A stretch of DNA of 64,000 nt. Source: Sodalis sp. (in: enterobacteria). Lineage in GTDB: Bacteria; Pseudomonadota; Gammaproteobacteria; Enterobacterales; Enterobacteriaceae. Positions 23,808 through 34,214 of the stretch are shown here, piece by piece. Position 1 is the first letter of the stretch, and each line of letters opens with the position of its first letter. The notes beneath the pieces were generated by a model that was given only the letters and a program-made list of their open reading frames with translations, did not search any database and was not told the DNA's origin. Location of the stretch: NCBI GenBank assembly GCA_047528285.1, contig CP180022.1, positions 1,159,958 through 1,223,957 on the forward strand, in the 5' to 3' direction. The position numbers and the translations under genes are program-made.

Positions 23808-26800
23808 CAAGTAATAAATGTCCATCCTTAGCGAGGCTATTTTTTGGTAATGTCAATATTGTTTAGTATTTTTTTAAGATTATCATCTAGTTTAAGTGCT
23901 TTAATCATTCATCCCACCTTCTCCTATGGCATCATAGTTACGGGAATTTATCAGGAAACTTTTGGCCAACATAGCGGATCATTTCTATCTAGTGTTGAAC
24001 CTGTATTTTTCACCCATATTAACCAATGATTTCTTAATTTTTTTTATTTATCTAGTCCTAGATAAGGACAGGGACTGACTATTGATAGGATGACGTATTA
24101 ATAAATTGGCACAGCTAATGTCATGAGTCGTGTTATATATTGTTAGATTAAGTTTGTCACATGCTGTATATTTTTTGATATTATTGGTTTATTAAATAAT
24201 TTAATTTTTAAATTTGTATGGATGTTAATCTTTACTGTAAATTTTTTATTTAAAAAACTTTAGCAAAACGAAAAATTAAATCCTTCAGTATTTAATTTAT
24301 TCAGTAACGTATAAAACAATGCCATTCTGAGTTTTAAGATGATTTTATCAGATATTTTAAAGATAAATTTCCATTTATGATCCAAATGGATCATGCCTCG
24401 CATGTTAGTTTTTAGGGCGATAAAAACTAGCTTTATCTTGATTGTTTTTCATCGTATAAGTGATGGTTAATAGAGTTAGATGTAATGAAATTAGGTATCA
24501 GATGATCAATATGATATCTTTAAGTGGTATTTAAAATGTTTATGTTTTTATTATCTCCATTAATAAAAATTAGGTATTAACAAAACCACAATTGATATTA
24601 TAATTAAATTTTTCTGGATGTATGGAAATTTTATGGCTATATTTTTTGTGTTCTCAAATATTTTAATATATTTAAAAAATATGTAAAATCAAGTTTTAGA
24701 TTGCATAGTGTTTAAATCTTTACATGATTATTTTCTGCAAAGAAAATGCATCTTGGTTTTATATGTGGCATATAGCCAATTTTTATCTTTATATTATAGG
24801 CTATATGATCTTATCATGAAGAGCTACTCTAGCTTATTTTTATACAGAGGAATACTTAAATGTTAGAGAATTTATTAATTTTTTCAATAAAAATTGTATA
24901 ATATCATTATATGAATGATGTGTATTTTTTATAATATCTGTTGGGTTTAGCAAGTTATGTATTAAACAAAAATATGCACAGCGTATTGCTTATCATAATT
25001 TTAACTTAAATTTTTAAATCGAATGTTTTTTCATAGATTGATTTTTTAAATCAGAAGCAATGCATAAATAATCATTGGATTGGCTATGAATATATATTAT
25101 TTTTGATAAATTTAAATTACAACTGATTATTTAAAATATGTAGCGTAATTAAAATTATATATTTTTATTACATTAAATGTGAATGATTATAGATAATAAA
25201 AATTAGCATAATTGGTGCAAAACTGTAAGTTATATCAATCGTAAACGATCAAATCTTACGATTTTGTGCTAATCGCAATTTTTCATATGCTAAAATATTA
25301 AAAATCACTTCATTCAGATTTCTGAAAGAAATTCTTTTTTCATTGAGAAAAGCTGTATGCTTTGAGCAGTAGTGAAAATTTATTTTGATTCATTATCTAG
25401 ATTATTTTACTGCTGAAGCTAGAGAGGACTATTAAAAATAATTTGGTTATTTAACTAGTTTTTGCTATCGATATATGAAGCTGGCATCAATCCTGTAAAT
25501 GTACAGGTGATTTTTAGATCACAACTATCGTTTCAATATCAGCTTTTTATGGAAAAGCGTTAGTTTAAAGTCACTGACTGACAAGAGAATATTTAAGCAT
25601 TGCGGGTTTTTAACTGGCATGCTTAGATAAGGTTCCAATTTTTGAATATATGCGGAAGAAACATCTTCTAATGCCATTGCCCCCATTATTACTAAACAGA
25701 TATGGTAATTATGATAATAATCTCTAGTCATGAAGCAGATCTTTAAACTTTTTTCTCAGAGTTTTAGTGACTTTTTTAACTCGATTTTAAAACTGATTAG
25801 AGTACGCTACGTTATCTAGACTATTATCCGGCTTTAAGAAGTAAGAAAAGATAGTGAAGATTACCAAAAAACACCAGTATGCCGTCAAAAATCTATTTGG
25901 ATTACGGATGGCACTAGTTTTGAAATCTGTAAGGAAGGTGAGTAGAAAGCTTGGTGACATGAATGCTGATAAGGATCTAGTATGGAATTAGCTTTCATCT
26001 GGCAAGTGGACATTGAGATGTATAAAATAATTGGTGTATCGCTTTATTGTTTGGCATAACAACCGGTGGCAAACTTTACTGGATTTGATAAATCTAGATT
26101 CACAGAAAAATCGGGGTATCATTGATTTACTACGATTATTATACATATAATTATTCTTATGTTTTTCTAAGCAAGAACATACATCGGTTGATTCGGATGA
26201 AGTAGCGAATAATATTAATTAGACTGCGATCTGCATGTATGTAGCCCTGCTATATGTAAATTAAATTAGGGCTTGAACGGTAGTCAATATTTTACCTATG
26301 ATAAAGAAAGCGGGCTATTTTTTGGTATTCCAGTATCTGGAATGGTCATAGTTCGCTTTAAAATATTTTTGTGGTGATCACCAAAACTTTTCGACTAGGA
26401 TGCGTAAATCGATAATGGAATGGGAATCAAAAAGCGATTAATCGGATAATCTTGTTGAAATGTCGAACAAGCATCTATATTGCTTAACGTTCTCCCAGAC
26501 ATAGTTGTATTCATCACTGCTTCATTTTTATTTAAAAAAATCCTGAATAGGATAACATCATACTGAAAGTAATAATATATGCTAATAATAAATATTATGT
26601 AAATAACTTATGGTAGTGCAGTGAATACTAAAAGTTTGAGGTGGTAAAGTGTTAGCGGTTTTCAATTATACAACAGTGTTGCCATTGCGGTAAGATGTTT
26701 CATGGTGATCCTAAGTAAGCAATGCTATCTTTTGATTATGATAATATAAAGGCTTTTAGCATTAAATTTTTCATTATCAGCACCAGATTACATCATCATG

Positions 26801-27155
26801 GGGGATATCTCCTTTATGTTATTTAACCGATTCTTCTTGTGCGAACAAGATAAAACGCTGCTCAATTTTGTAAAAAATAGCAAAAAATATATAATTTTTT
26901 GCAACAGTAGCTAACGTATGTTTCATACTATGGTACAAACAGAGATAAACTAAACGATGAACGATACTGAATTCTGCGATATACAACACATATAAAAATT
27001 CTTAACTGATACTGACCTTGGGGGGGATTCCAGGTCGCCTTTCTTTACTTTGCGGCTTGGTAAGTGGCGTGTATTCAGCGTGCGTTGTGCTATTTTTTGT
27101 CAATCCCAGGAAGACGATTATTTTAGTAGGAAGACTTTACCCTAGAGGTATAATG

Positions 27156-27632
27156 ATGAAAAAAATTCCGATGACCTTGCGCGGCGCTGAAAAACTGCGG
27201 GAAGAGCTCGAATATCTCAAAAGTGTCCGTCGCCCTGAAATTATCCAATCTATCGCCGAAGCTCGTGAATACGGCGATTTAAAAGAAAACGCCGAGTACC
27301 ATGCTGCTAGAGAACAACAAGCCTTCTGTGAAGGTCGCATTCAAGAAATTGAGGTGAAACTGTCGAATGCATATGTGATCGATGTAACTAAATTAGTTCC
27401 AAGTAGCCGGGTCATTTTTGGGGTAAAGGTTAGTGTAGAGAATCTCGATAGTGAAGAAAAGCAAACATACCGTATCGTTGGGGACGATGAAGCTGATTTC
27501 AAGAAAAATCTTATTTCCATTAATTCCCCTATTGCCCGTGGGTTGGTAGGTAAGGAAGAAAATGAGATCGTTGTCATTCAAACACCAGGTGGTGATGTGA
27601 AGTACAAAATTCTTAAAGTTGATTACCTCTAA
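27156..27632 (+). CDS. greA: transcription elongation factor GreA
   Basis: [62 protein letters not shown] matches E. coli GreA ([62 protein letters not shown]). It is 158 aa, as in E. coli. An AGAGG RBS lies 7 nt upstream. The 46-aa N-terminal extension in the ORF track is not conserved. Confidence 0.95.
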   Translation: MKKIPMTLRGAEKLREELEYLKSVRRPEIIQSIAEAREYGDLKENAEYHAAREQQAFCEGRIQEIEVKLSNAYVIDVTKLVPSSRVIFGVKVSVENLDSEEKQTYRIVGDDEADFKKNLISINSPIARGLVGKEENEIVVIQTPGGDVKYKILKVDYL

Positions 27633-27656
27633 GTCTTTTGACTATATCAGTGTGGG

Positions 27657-27678
27657 GGAGATCCCTCTCCGTTTTTTT
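27657..27678 (+). terminator. intrinsic terminator after greA (GGAGA-tccc-TCTCC + T7)
   Basis: A 5-bp GC-containing stem followed by G+TTTTTTT, 25 nt after the greA stop. Confidence 0.5.
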
Positions 27679-27789
27679 GTTTCTACATTAGTTTCCAGTG
27701 CCTTTATAAAGAAAAAATGAAGTAGCTGATTTTTCTCCTTTAGGACTAAGATGGTATCTTTCCTTTTTATTAAAAAAGATGATGGTAGA

Positions 27790-28082
27790 GAAAAAATATA
27801 AATTTCTACTTTTTTGCTCGCGAGGTATAGCTTTTAGGATAGTGCCGAGTTATCTTATACTCAGCTAGCGCTGATTTTGTAAACGACGACAGCGGCAATT
27901 AAAGTTTTATATCTCAAGTAAGTCTGCGAATTTTTCATTTTATCCTCGATAAGCTCATTCTGTTCCAGAAATCTGTATAGTTTTTTTAGCATACTTTTCA
28001 TCAGGCTATTATTTCTTAGCTCTAATCCAGGTTTTAAGGAATGCAATATTTATTTAATATACTGTTTTTGTTTGTTATTCAT
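27790..28082 (-). pseudogene. yhbY: ribosome assembly RNA-binding protein YhbY, inactivated
   Basis: The minus strand from ATG 28082 reads MNNKQKQYIK*ILHSLKPGLELRNNSLMKSMLKKLYRFLEQNELIEDKMKNSQTYLRYKTLIAAVVVYKISAS*. E. coli YhbY reads MNLSTKQKQHLKGLAHPLKPVVLLGSNGLTEGVLAEIEQALEHHELIKVKIATEDRETKTLIVEAIV. Codon 11 is an in-frame TAA (28050-28052). The C-terminal part (LGTILKAIPREQKSRNL ~ IGKTLVLYRPTKERKISL) is in another frame. The position and orientation between greA and rlmE are as in E. coli. Confidence 0.8.
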
Positions 28083-28218
28083 ATTAGTTTATCTTTTTAC
28101 TTGGGTTGGAATTGGAAATATCATATTCTACCGGTTTCCTTGATATATGTAGTTATAATCGGCGTATTGCCGATACTTTTTATTCACTGCCGAATTTTCA
28201 GGATAATTAAAAAATAAG

Positions 28219-28848
28219 ATGTCGAATAAAAAGCGTTCTGAAAGTTCTAACCGCTGGTTACAGGAACATTTTAGTGATAAATATGTTCAGCAATCACAAA
28301 AAAATGCACTGCGTTCCCGTGCTTGGTTTAAACTTGATGAAATTCAGCATAAAGATAAGCTATTCAGGCCGGGGATGAGCGTAGTAGATCTTGGAGCAGC
28401 ACCAGGCGGATGGTCGCAATACGTTGTCACGCAAATCGGGAGCAATGGGCGTATAATTTCCTGTGATGTTGATTTGATAGAGCCGATTGAAGGCGTCGAT
28501 TTTCTGCAAGGAGATTGTCGTGATCCTCTGATGCTGAAGGATTTGCTTAAACGCATAGGTAAGCAGAAGGTGCATGTGGTATTGTCTGATATGGCGCCTA
28601 ATATGAGTGGTATACCAGCAATCGACATCCCAAAATGCTTGTATCTCGTGGAGATAGCTTTGGATGTGTGCCGGGCTATCCTAGCCCCTGGCGGGAGTTT
28701 TTTGGTTAAAGTCTTTCATGGAGAAAGTTTTGATCAGTATCTGCGGGATATTCGTTCCATGTTTACAAAAGTAAAAATTCGTAAACCAGAAGCTTCCCGA
28801 GCCCGTTCCCGCGAAGTATACATTGTGGCGACAGGGAGCAAACTATAG
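28219..28848 (+). CDS. rlmE: 23S rRNA U2552 2'-O-methyltransferase
   Basis: [39 protein letters not shown]...[20 protein letters not shown] is collinear with E. coli RlmE/FtsJ. It is 209 aa, as in E. coli. Confidence 0.95.
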   Translation: MSNKKRSESSNRWLQEHFSDKYVQQSQKNALRSRAWFKLDEIQHKDKLFRPGMSVVDLGAAPGGWSQYVVTQIGSNGRIISCDVDLIEPIEGVDFLQGDCRDPLMLKDLLKRIGKQKVHVVLSDMAPNMSGIPAIDIPKCLYLVEIALDVCRAILAPGGSFLVKVFHGESFDQYLRDIRSMFTKVKIRKPEASRARSREVYIVATGSKL

Positions 28849-28894
28849 TACCCTACGCTAATTGTTAACACCTTTGTAATATGAGGTTAATCCC

Positions 28895-30802
28895 TTGAGT
28901 GAGATGGCGAAAAACCTGATCCTCTGGTTAGTAATAGCAGTCGTGCTGATGTCGGTATTCCAGAGCTTTGGGCCTAGTGAGGCTAATGGACGTAAAGTGG
29001 ATTACTCTACCTTTATGTCTGAATTAAATCAGGATCAGGTTATGGAAGCACGTATTAACGGTCATGAAATTGCTGTGACTAAAAAAGACAGTAAACACTA
29101 CACGACCTATATTCCGATTAATGATCCAAAGCTGCTTGATATTCTTTTAACCAAAAATGTTAAAGTTGTTGGTGAGCCGCCGGAAGAACCTAGCATATTG
29201 GCGTCCATCTTTATTTCCTGGTTTCCAATGCTATTGTTAATTGGGGTTTGGATCTTTTTTATGCGACAAATGCAGGGAGGTGGCGGGAAAGGCGCTATGT
29301 CGTTTGGTAAAAGCAAAGCTCGGATGCTAACGGAAGATCAAATTAAAACAACATTCGCCGATGTTGCAGGTTGTGATGAAGCGAAAGAAGAGGTTAGCGA
29401 GCTTGTAGATTACCTGCGTGAGCCAAGTCGGTTTCAAAAGCTAGGGGGGAAGATTCCGAAAGGCATACTGATGGTGGGGCCGCCAGGGACCGGTAAAACG
29501 CTATTAGCTAAAGCAATTGCAGGGGAAGCTAAAGTCCCATTTTTTACAATTTCAGGGTCTGACTTCGTTGAAATGTTTGTGGGGGTTGGCGCCTCGCGTG
29601 TAAGAGATATGTTTGAGCAAGCAAAAAAAGCAGCGCCGTGTATTATTTTTATCGATGAAATTGATGCGGTCGGGCGTCAACGTGGGACAGGTCTTGGTGG
29701 CGGTCATGATGAACGTGAGCAGACTCTGAACCAAATGCTAGTAGAAATGGATGGATTTGAAGGTAACGAAGGTATTATTGTCATTGCGGCGACAAATAGA
29801 CCTGATGTTCTAGATCCAGCGCTGCTGCGTCCTGGCCGTTTTGACCGACAGGTGGTGGTAGGTCTGCCTGATGTACGTGGCCGCGAACAAATTCTGAAGG
29901 TGCACATACACCGTGTGCCGCTAGCGGCGGATATGGATGCATCGCTTATTGCACGCGGAACACCTGGGTTTTCTGGCGCCGATTTGGCCAACCTTGTGAA
30001 TGAAGCAGCGCTGTTTGCAGCTCGTGGTAACAAGCGAGTGGTTTCGATGCTGGAATTCGAAAAAGCTAAAGATAAAATCATGATGGGTGCAGAGCGGCGT
30101 TCCATGGTGATGACAGAAGCACAAAAAGAGTCTACTGCCTATCATGAGGCAGGTCACGCAATCATCGGCCGTCTGGTTCCTGAGCATGATCCAGTGCATA
30201 AAGTAACGATTATCCCGCGTGGCCATGCTTTGGGAGTAACTTTTTTTCTTCCGGAAGGTGATTCTATTAGCGCAAGCCGCCAGAAGCTGGAAAGTCAGAT
30301 CTCTACTTTATACGGCGGTAGAATAGCTGAAGAGATTATTTATGGTCCAGCAAATGTTTCTACCGGGGCATCTAATGATATCAAGGTTGCCACCTCTATT
30401 GCTCGTAACATGGTAGCGCAGTGGGGATTTTCTGAGAAGTTAGGTCCACTTTTGTATTCGGAAGAAGAAGGGGAAGTGTTCCTTGGACGTTCAGTGGCTA
30501 AGGTGAAACACATGTCTGATGAAACGGCGCGTATTATTGACCAGGAAGTGAAGTTACTCATTGAAGTTAATTATGTTCGGGCTCATGCGATGCTGATAGA
30601 AAATATAGATATATTACATGCTATGAAGGATGCGCTGATGAAATATGAAACCATCGATGCCCCGCAAATTGATGATCTGATGTGTCGCAAGGAAGTTCGG
30701 ATGCCTGCTGGTTGGGATGATACACTTCCTATTGCGTGTTGCGACGATGAAGATATGCCTTGTACGCCACATCCTGGAAAGACTATATCAGAACAACGGT
30801 AA
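28895..30802 (+). CDS. ftsH: ATP-dependent zinc metalloprotease FtsH
   Basis: Near-identical to E. coli FtsH over the first 600 aa ([26 protein letters not shown]...[23 protein letters not shown]...HEAGHAIIG). The start is either TTG 28895 (8 nt after GAGG) or ATG 28904, which is the E. coli-type MAKNLILW. Confidence 0.97.
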   Translation: MSEMAKNLILWLVIAVVLMSVFQSFGPSEANGRKVDYSTFMSELNQDQVMEARINGHEIAVTKKDSKHYTTYIPINDPKLLDILLTKNVKVVGEPPEEPSILASIFISWFPMLLLIGVWIFFMRQMQGGGGKGAMSFGKSKARMLTEDQIKTTFADVAGCDEAKEEVSELVDYLREPSRFQKLGGKIPKGILMVGPPGTGKTLLAKAIAGEAKVPFFTISGSDFVEMFVGVGASRVRDMFEQAKKAAPCIIFIDEIDAVGRQRGTGLGGGHDEREQTLNQMLVEMDGFEGNEGIIVIAATNRPDVLDPALLRPGRFDRQVVVGLPDVRGREQILKVHIHRVPLAADMDASLIARGTPGFSGADLANLVNEAALFAARGNKRVVSMLEFEKAKDKIMMGAERRSMVMTEAQKESTAYHEAGHAIIGRLVPEHDPVHKVTIIPRGHALGVTFFLPEGDSISASRQKLESQISTLYGGRIAEEIIYGPANVSTGASNDIKVATSIARNMVAQWGFSEKLGPLLYSEEEGEVFLGRSVAKVKHMSDETARIIDQEVKLLIEVNYVRAHAMLIENIDILHAMKDALMKYETIDAPQIDDLMCRKEVRMPAGWDDTLPIACCDDEDMPCTPHPGKTISEQR

Positions 30803-30840
30803 TCACTAAATCTTCTTTTCTGCCCCGTGGCTAGCCTACC

Positions 30841-30860
30841 TCAGGTTTAGGATAACCTGA
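30841..30860 (+). terminator. hairpin between ftsH and folP (TCAGGTT-taggat-AACCTGA)
   Basis: A 7-bp stem 39 nt after the ftsH stop. The downstream T-tract is weak (TAACCTTGTATTTTT), so it may be an attenuating or processing structure. Confidence 0.3.
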
Positions 30861-30955
30861 TAACCTTGTATTTTTATACGTGATGCTAAATTTTTGCGTA
30901 GAAAATGCTTCATGAGCCGACTTACAATTTATTGAGTACAAGGGTGTAGCTTGTT

Positions 30956-31801
30956 ATGCAACTTATTGCTCGAGATCGCATACTTAGCCTTTCTGTTCCC
31001 CGTGTTATGGGGATCCTTAATGTAACCTCAGATTCATTTTCTGACGGCGGAAGATATAAAAATTTGTCTGTCGCAATTGATCATGTGGCGGCAATGCTAG
31101 ACGCTGGCGCAGATTTGATTGATATCGGCGGCGAATCTACCCGCCCAGGGGCAAAGATGGTTAGCGAGGAGGAGGAAATGGCGCGAGTGGTGCCGGTGGT
31201 GACGGCACTTGCACAGCGTTTTGATACTTTTATTTCAGTAGATACCTCGAAGGCGATTGTGATGCGCGAAAGCGCGTCGGCCGGGGCTCATTTAATTAAT
31301 GATATCCGTTCACTCAGTCAGCCTGGTGCGCTAACTGCTGCCGCCATCAGCCAATTGCCAATTTGTTTGGTACATATGCAAGGCGAGCCAGACTCTATGC
31401 AGCAGGCACCGCATTACGAGAATGTCTTGATGGAAGTAAAGGCGTATTTCGTACAGCAGATTAAGCGCTGTCAAGAAGCCGGAATTGCAAAAAATAGACT
31501 GTTGCTTGATCCTGGGTTCGGTTTTGGAAAAACGTTAGAGCATAATTATCAGCTACTGAGCCGACTGAAAGATTTTCATCATCTCGGGCTTCCATTGCTA
31601 GTTGGGATGTCGCGTAAAGCTATGATAGGTCAATTAATTGAACTTCCTCCAGAGAAGCGAGTTTCTGGTAGCATTACTTGTGCGGTTATTGCTACGTTAC
31701 AGGGGGCTCAAATTATCCGGGTTCATGATGTTCAGCAAACGGTGGACGCCATGCGAGTGGTAAAAGCCACCCTTTTAGCGAAGGAAACATTTTTTCAATG
31801 A
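30956..31801 (+). CDS. folP: dihydropteroate synthase
   Basis: [16 protein letters not shown]...[12 protein letters not shown]...[10 protein letters not shown]...LLVGMSRK...IIRVHDV is collinear with E. coli FolP (282 aa). The stop overlaps the glmM start (ATGA). Confidence 0.95.
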   Translation: MQLIARDRILSLSVPRVMGILNVTSDSFSDGGRYKNLSVAIDHVAAMLDAGADLIDIGGESTRPGAKMVSEEEEMARVVPVVTALAQRFDTFISVDTSKAIVMRESASAGAHLINDIRSLSQPGALTAAAISQLPICLVHMQGEPDSMQQAPHYENVLMEVKAYFVQQIKRCQEAGIAKNRLLLDPGFGFGKTLEHNYQLLSRLKDFHHLGLPLLVGMSRKAMIGQLIELPPEKRVSGSITCAVIATLQGAQIIRVHDVQQTVDAMRVVKATLLAKETFFQ

Positions 31802-33135
31802 GCCAACATAAATATTTTGGCACTGACGGTATCCGCGGTAAGGTTGGTAATACTCCTATAACACCAGATTTTGTCCTCAAACTTGGTTGGGCGGCTGGAA
31901 AGGTGCTGGCCCGTCATGGTTCCAGAAAGATTATCATTGGAAAAGATACTCGTATTTCCGGTTATATGCTGGAGTCGGCGTTGGAGGCGGGGCTAGCGGC
32001 GGCTGGGCTCTCCGCTGCTTTTACTGGTCCTATGCCGACGCCGGCTATTGCTTACTTAGCCCGCACATTTCGTGCTGAGGCCGGTATTGTGATTTCAGCC
32101 TCTCATAATCCATTTTGCGATAATGGTATCAAATTTTTTTCCATTGACGGCACTAAACTGCCTAACAAAGTAGAAGAGGCTATTGAAAAGGAGCTAGCTA
32201 AACCTTTAACCTGTGTTAAATCGGCTGAGCTTGGTAAAGCCAGCCGTATTATTGATGCGCCTGGGCGCTATATCGAGTTCTGTAAAGGGACCTTTCCGGG
32301 GAATTTAAGTCTAAAGGGGCTGAAGATCGTGGTAGATTGCGCTAACGGTGCCACCTATCATATCGCTCCAAGCGTGTTGCGCGAACTCGGAGCAACAGTA
32401 CTAACCCTCGGCTGTCAGCCAGATGGTATGAATATCAATCAGGAATGCGGTACTACCGATGTAGCCCCACTGCAAAGCTTGGTACTGGCGGAGAGGGCGG
32501 ATCTTGGCATTGCATATGACGGCGATGGGGATCGGGTGATCATGGTTGATCACTTGGGTCAAAAAGTGGATGGTGACCAGATTTTATATGTCATTATTCA
32601 GAAAAAATTAGGCCAGGGCAAGCTTTCTGGTGGTGTGGTAGGTACCATAATGAGCAATATGGGGCTCGAGATGGCGCTAAAACAATTAAAAGTGCCTTTT
32701 GTACGAACTCATGTTGGCGATCGCTATGTTTTGGAAAAAATGCAAGAAAAGGGCTGGTGTATCGGCGCAGAAAACTCCGGACATATCATTCTTCTGGATA
32801 AGACCACCACTGGTGATGGGATTATCGCCGGGCTTCAGGTATTATCGATGATGGTCAGCAATCACATGAATTTGCACGATCTCTGTAGAGGCATGCGCTT
32901 GTTGCCGCAGTTTTTAATCAATGTCCGTTTCTCTGGACTAAATGACCCTTTGCAGTCGTCGGGGGTAAAACGGGCCTGCGCTGAGGTGGAGAAGCACCTG
33001 GGAAGGCACGGGCGAGTATTGCTGCGCAAATCTGGTACTGAACCCCTTATCCGTATTATGGTGGAAGGGGAAAATTCAAAGCAAGTCAGCCAACTTGCGC
33101 ACCACATTGCTGTTGCAGTGAAAGCCACTGGCTAA
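31798..33135 (+). CDS. glmM: phosphoglucosamine mutase
   Basis: [13 protein letters not shown]...[16 protein letters not shown] (active-site Ser motif)...GDGDR. It is 445 aa, as in E. coli GlmM. Confidence 0.95.
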   Translation: MSQHKYFGTDGIRGKVGNTPITPDFVLKLGWAAGKVLARHGSRKIIIGKDTRISGYMLESALEAGLAAAGLSAAFTGPMPTPAIAYLARTFRAEAGIVISASHNPFCDNGIKFFSIDGTKLPNKVEEAIEKELAKPLTCVKSAELGKASRIIDAPGRYIEFCKGTFPGNLSLKGLKIVVDCANGATYHIAPSVLRELGATVLTLGCQPDGMNINQECGTTDVAPLQSLVLAERADLGIAYDGDGDRVIMVDHLGQKVDGDQILYVIIQKKLGQGKLSGGVVGTIMSNMGLEMALKQLKVPFVRTHVGDRYVLEKMQEKGWCIGAENSGHIILLDKTTTGDGIIAGLQVLSMMVSNHMNLHDLCRGMRLLPQFLINVRFSGLNDPLQSSGVKRACAEVEKHLGRHGRVLLRKSGTEPLIRIMVEGENSKQVSQLAHHIAVAVKATG

Positions 33136-33244
33136 AGAGAGATGGAATGCTATAGCGCCGGAGGCATGGGTTTATGCGTTTTAGGAAGTCACAAGTTACA
33201 TTAATATTTTATTTATAAATTGTCACGCCAATTAAAAAATCCCC

Positions 33245-33273
33245 TTGCACGTAAGGTTCTCTTTGGTTAGTAT
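33245..33273 (+). promoter_or_regulatory. candidate sigma70 promoter for secG-leuU (TTGCAC-17 nt-TAGTAT)
   Basis: Hexamers read directly from the sequence with a 17-nt spacer, ~90 nt upstream of the secG start. Pattern match only. Confidence 0.4.
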
Positions 33274-33364
33274 CCAAATCTCTTCAGTCATATAGAAGAC
33301 CAGTTTATTTTATTGATGGCGGCGAGACCGATAGTTATGTTGACGAAAGGATACAGGAGGTATT

Positions 33365-33697
33365 TTGTACCAAACTCTGTTAGGTGTATTCTTGTTAGTA
33401 GCAGTCATCTTAGTTGTGCTAATTATGCTGCAGCATGGTAAGATTATTGATATGCAAAATTCATTCTGTGCAGGCGCCTCTGGCGGTCTATTTTGTTCTA
33501 GAGATTCTGGTAACTTTATGACCCGTATGACAGCTGTGCTAGCGACAGTTTTTTTTATTCTTAGCCTAGTTTTGGGTAATCTGAGTTCCAACCATGGCGC
33601 CAATGGTACCCAATGGGATAATTTAAATCAGGGTCAGCAGATGAATAAGGATAAAGTTAATGCGTCGATAAAATCTGACAACGATATTCCGCAGTAA
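33365..33697 (+). CDS. secG: preprotein translocase subunit SecG
   Basis: MYQTLLGVFLLVAVILVVLIMLQHGK...SGNFMTRMTAVLATVFFILSLVLGN matches E. coli SecG (MYEALLVVFLIVAIGLVGLIMLQQGK...SGNFMTRMTALLATLFFIISLVLGN). The start codon is TTG at 33365, 5 nt after AGGAGG. Confidence 0.9.
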   Translation: MYQTLLGVFLLVAVILVVLIMLQHGKIIDMQNSFCAGASGGLFCSRDSGNFMTRMTAVLATVFFILSLVLGNLSSNHGANGTQWDNLNQGQQMNKDKVNASIKSDNDIPQ

Positions 33698-33781
33698 GCA
33701 TTTTCGCTTTCTTTTTTGTTTGCGTATATATGCTTAGCAAGGCAGCGGTAAATAAGCGTAAAAATAGCTATTATATAGAGA

Positions 33782-33871
33782 GCTGAGGTGGTGGAATTTG
33801 GTAGACACGCTACCTTGAGGTGGTAGTGTCCGATTATGGACTTACGGGTTCAAGTCCCGTCCTCAGTACCA
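33782..33871 (+). tRNA. leuU: tRNA-Leu (anticodon GAG)
   Basis: GCTGAGGTGGTGGAATTTGGTAGACACGCTACCTTGAGGTGGTAGTGTCCGATTATGGACTTACGGGTTCAAGTCCCGTCCTCAGTACCA. It is collinear with E. coli leuU. The acceptor stem is 7/7 paired, including a compensatory C-G to U-A change. It has a long variable arm and an encoded CCA. Confidence 0.93.
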
Positions 33872-33931
33872 ATCTCAGAGCAGATAGATTTTATTTTTCA
33901 GCGTAACATAAGTTTAAAAATGTATTTCGGA

Positions 33932-34010
33932 CGCGGGCGTGGGGCAGTAGCCAGATATTTCGTCGGGCTCATAACCAGATACTCCTTTTGGTGTAAATCT
34001 GATCTCTGAA
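33932..34010 (+). pseudogene. metY: degraded initiator tRNA-fMet
   Basis: CGCGGGCGTGGGGCAGTAGCCAGATATTTCGTCGGGCTCATAACCAGATACTCCTTTTGGTGTAAATCTGATCTCTGAA versus E. coli tRNA-fMet CGCGGGGTGGAGCAGCCTGGTAGCTCGTCGGGCTCATAACCCGAAGGTCGTCGGTTCAAATCCGGCCCCCGCAACCA. The 5' acceptor strand and the anticodon stem-loop (CUCAUAA) are recognisable. The D-arm has insertions. The T-arm and 3' acceptor strand no longer pair, and there is no CCA. Confidence 0.75.
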
Positions 34011-34145
34011 ACAATATTTCCTTAAAGTAATTTTTCAATTTTACGGTCTGTAGTCGTTATGGATTTATCGTCATAGGCAGTTGAAAAATAATTCTTCTGG
34101 AATGGTTTCAGAAATATCCTGCAATTTATAGGATACTGATCATTT

Positions 34146-34171
34146 AAAGCCCCGAGTTTTCGGGGCTTTTT
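34146..34171 (+). terminator. strong intrinsic terminator (AAAGCCCCG-agtttt-CGGGGCTTTTT)
   Basis: A 6-bp all-G/C stem (34149-34154 / 34161-34166) flanked by an A-tract and T5. It occupies the position of the known terminator downstream of metY in the E. coli metY-nusA-infB operon. Confidence 0.8.
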
Positions 34172-34193
34172 ATTATTTTACTATACTGATAAT

Positions 34194-34214
34194 GGGCTTA
34201 TTAGCCCTTTTTTT
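34194..34214 (+). terminator. second intrinsic terminator-like hairpin (GGGCT-tatt-AGCCC + T7)
   Basis: A 5-bp stem followed by TTTTTTT, ending 1 nt before the first ATG of the rimP remnant. Confidence 0.55.

Noticed and set aside
25870-26110. A second DacB-like stretch (YPDFSV... ~ GPDFRF..., SVIQID ~ GVNQID).
   Set aside because: The motifs are short, and their spacing is ~20 codons longer than in DacB. Combined with the 3' trace at 23837-24000, it would imply a pseudogene 1 kb longer than the intact gene.
27018-27155. N-terminal extensions in the ORF track for greA (27018), pnp (40785), trxB (19619), obgE (22674) and hemH (1606).
   Set aside because: The extensions are not conserved relative to the E. 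coli proteins. Internal starts with better RBS spacing reproduce the canonical N-termini.
28154-28159. A perfect TATAAT 60 nt upstream of rlmE, and a CCTTGAT motif reminiscent of the sigma32 -35 element known for E. coli rlmE-ftsH.
   Set aside because: No acceptable -35 hexamer lies at 16-18 nt for sigma70, and no CCCCAT-type -10 is present for sigma32. TATAAT-like strings are frequent in this AT-rich DNA.
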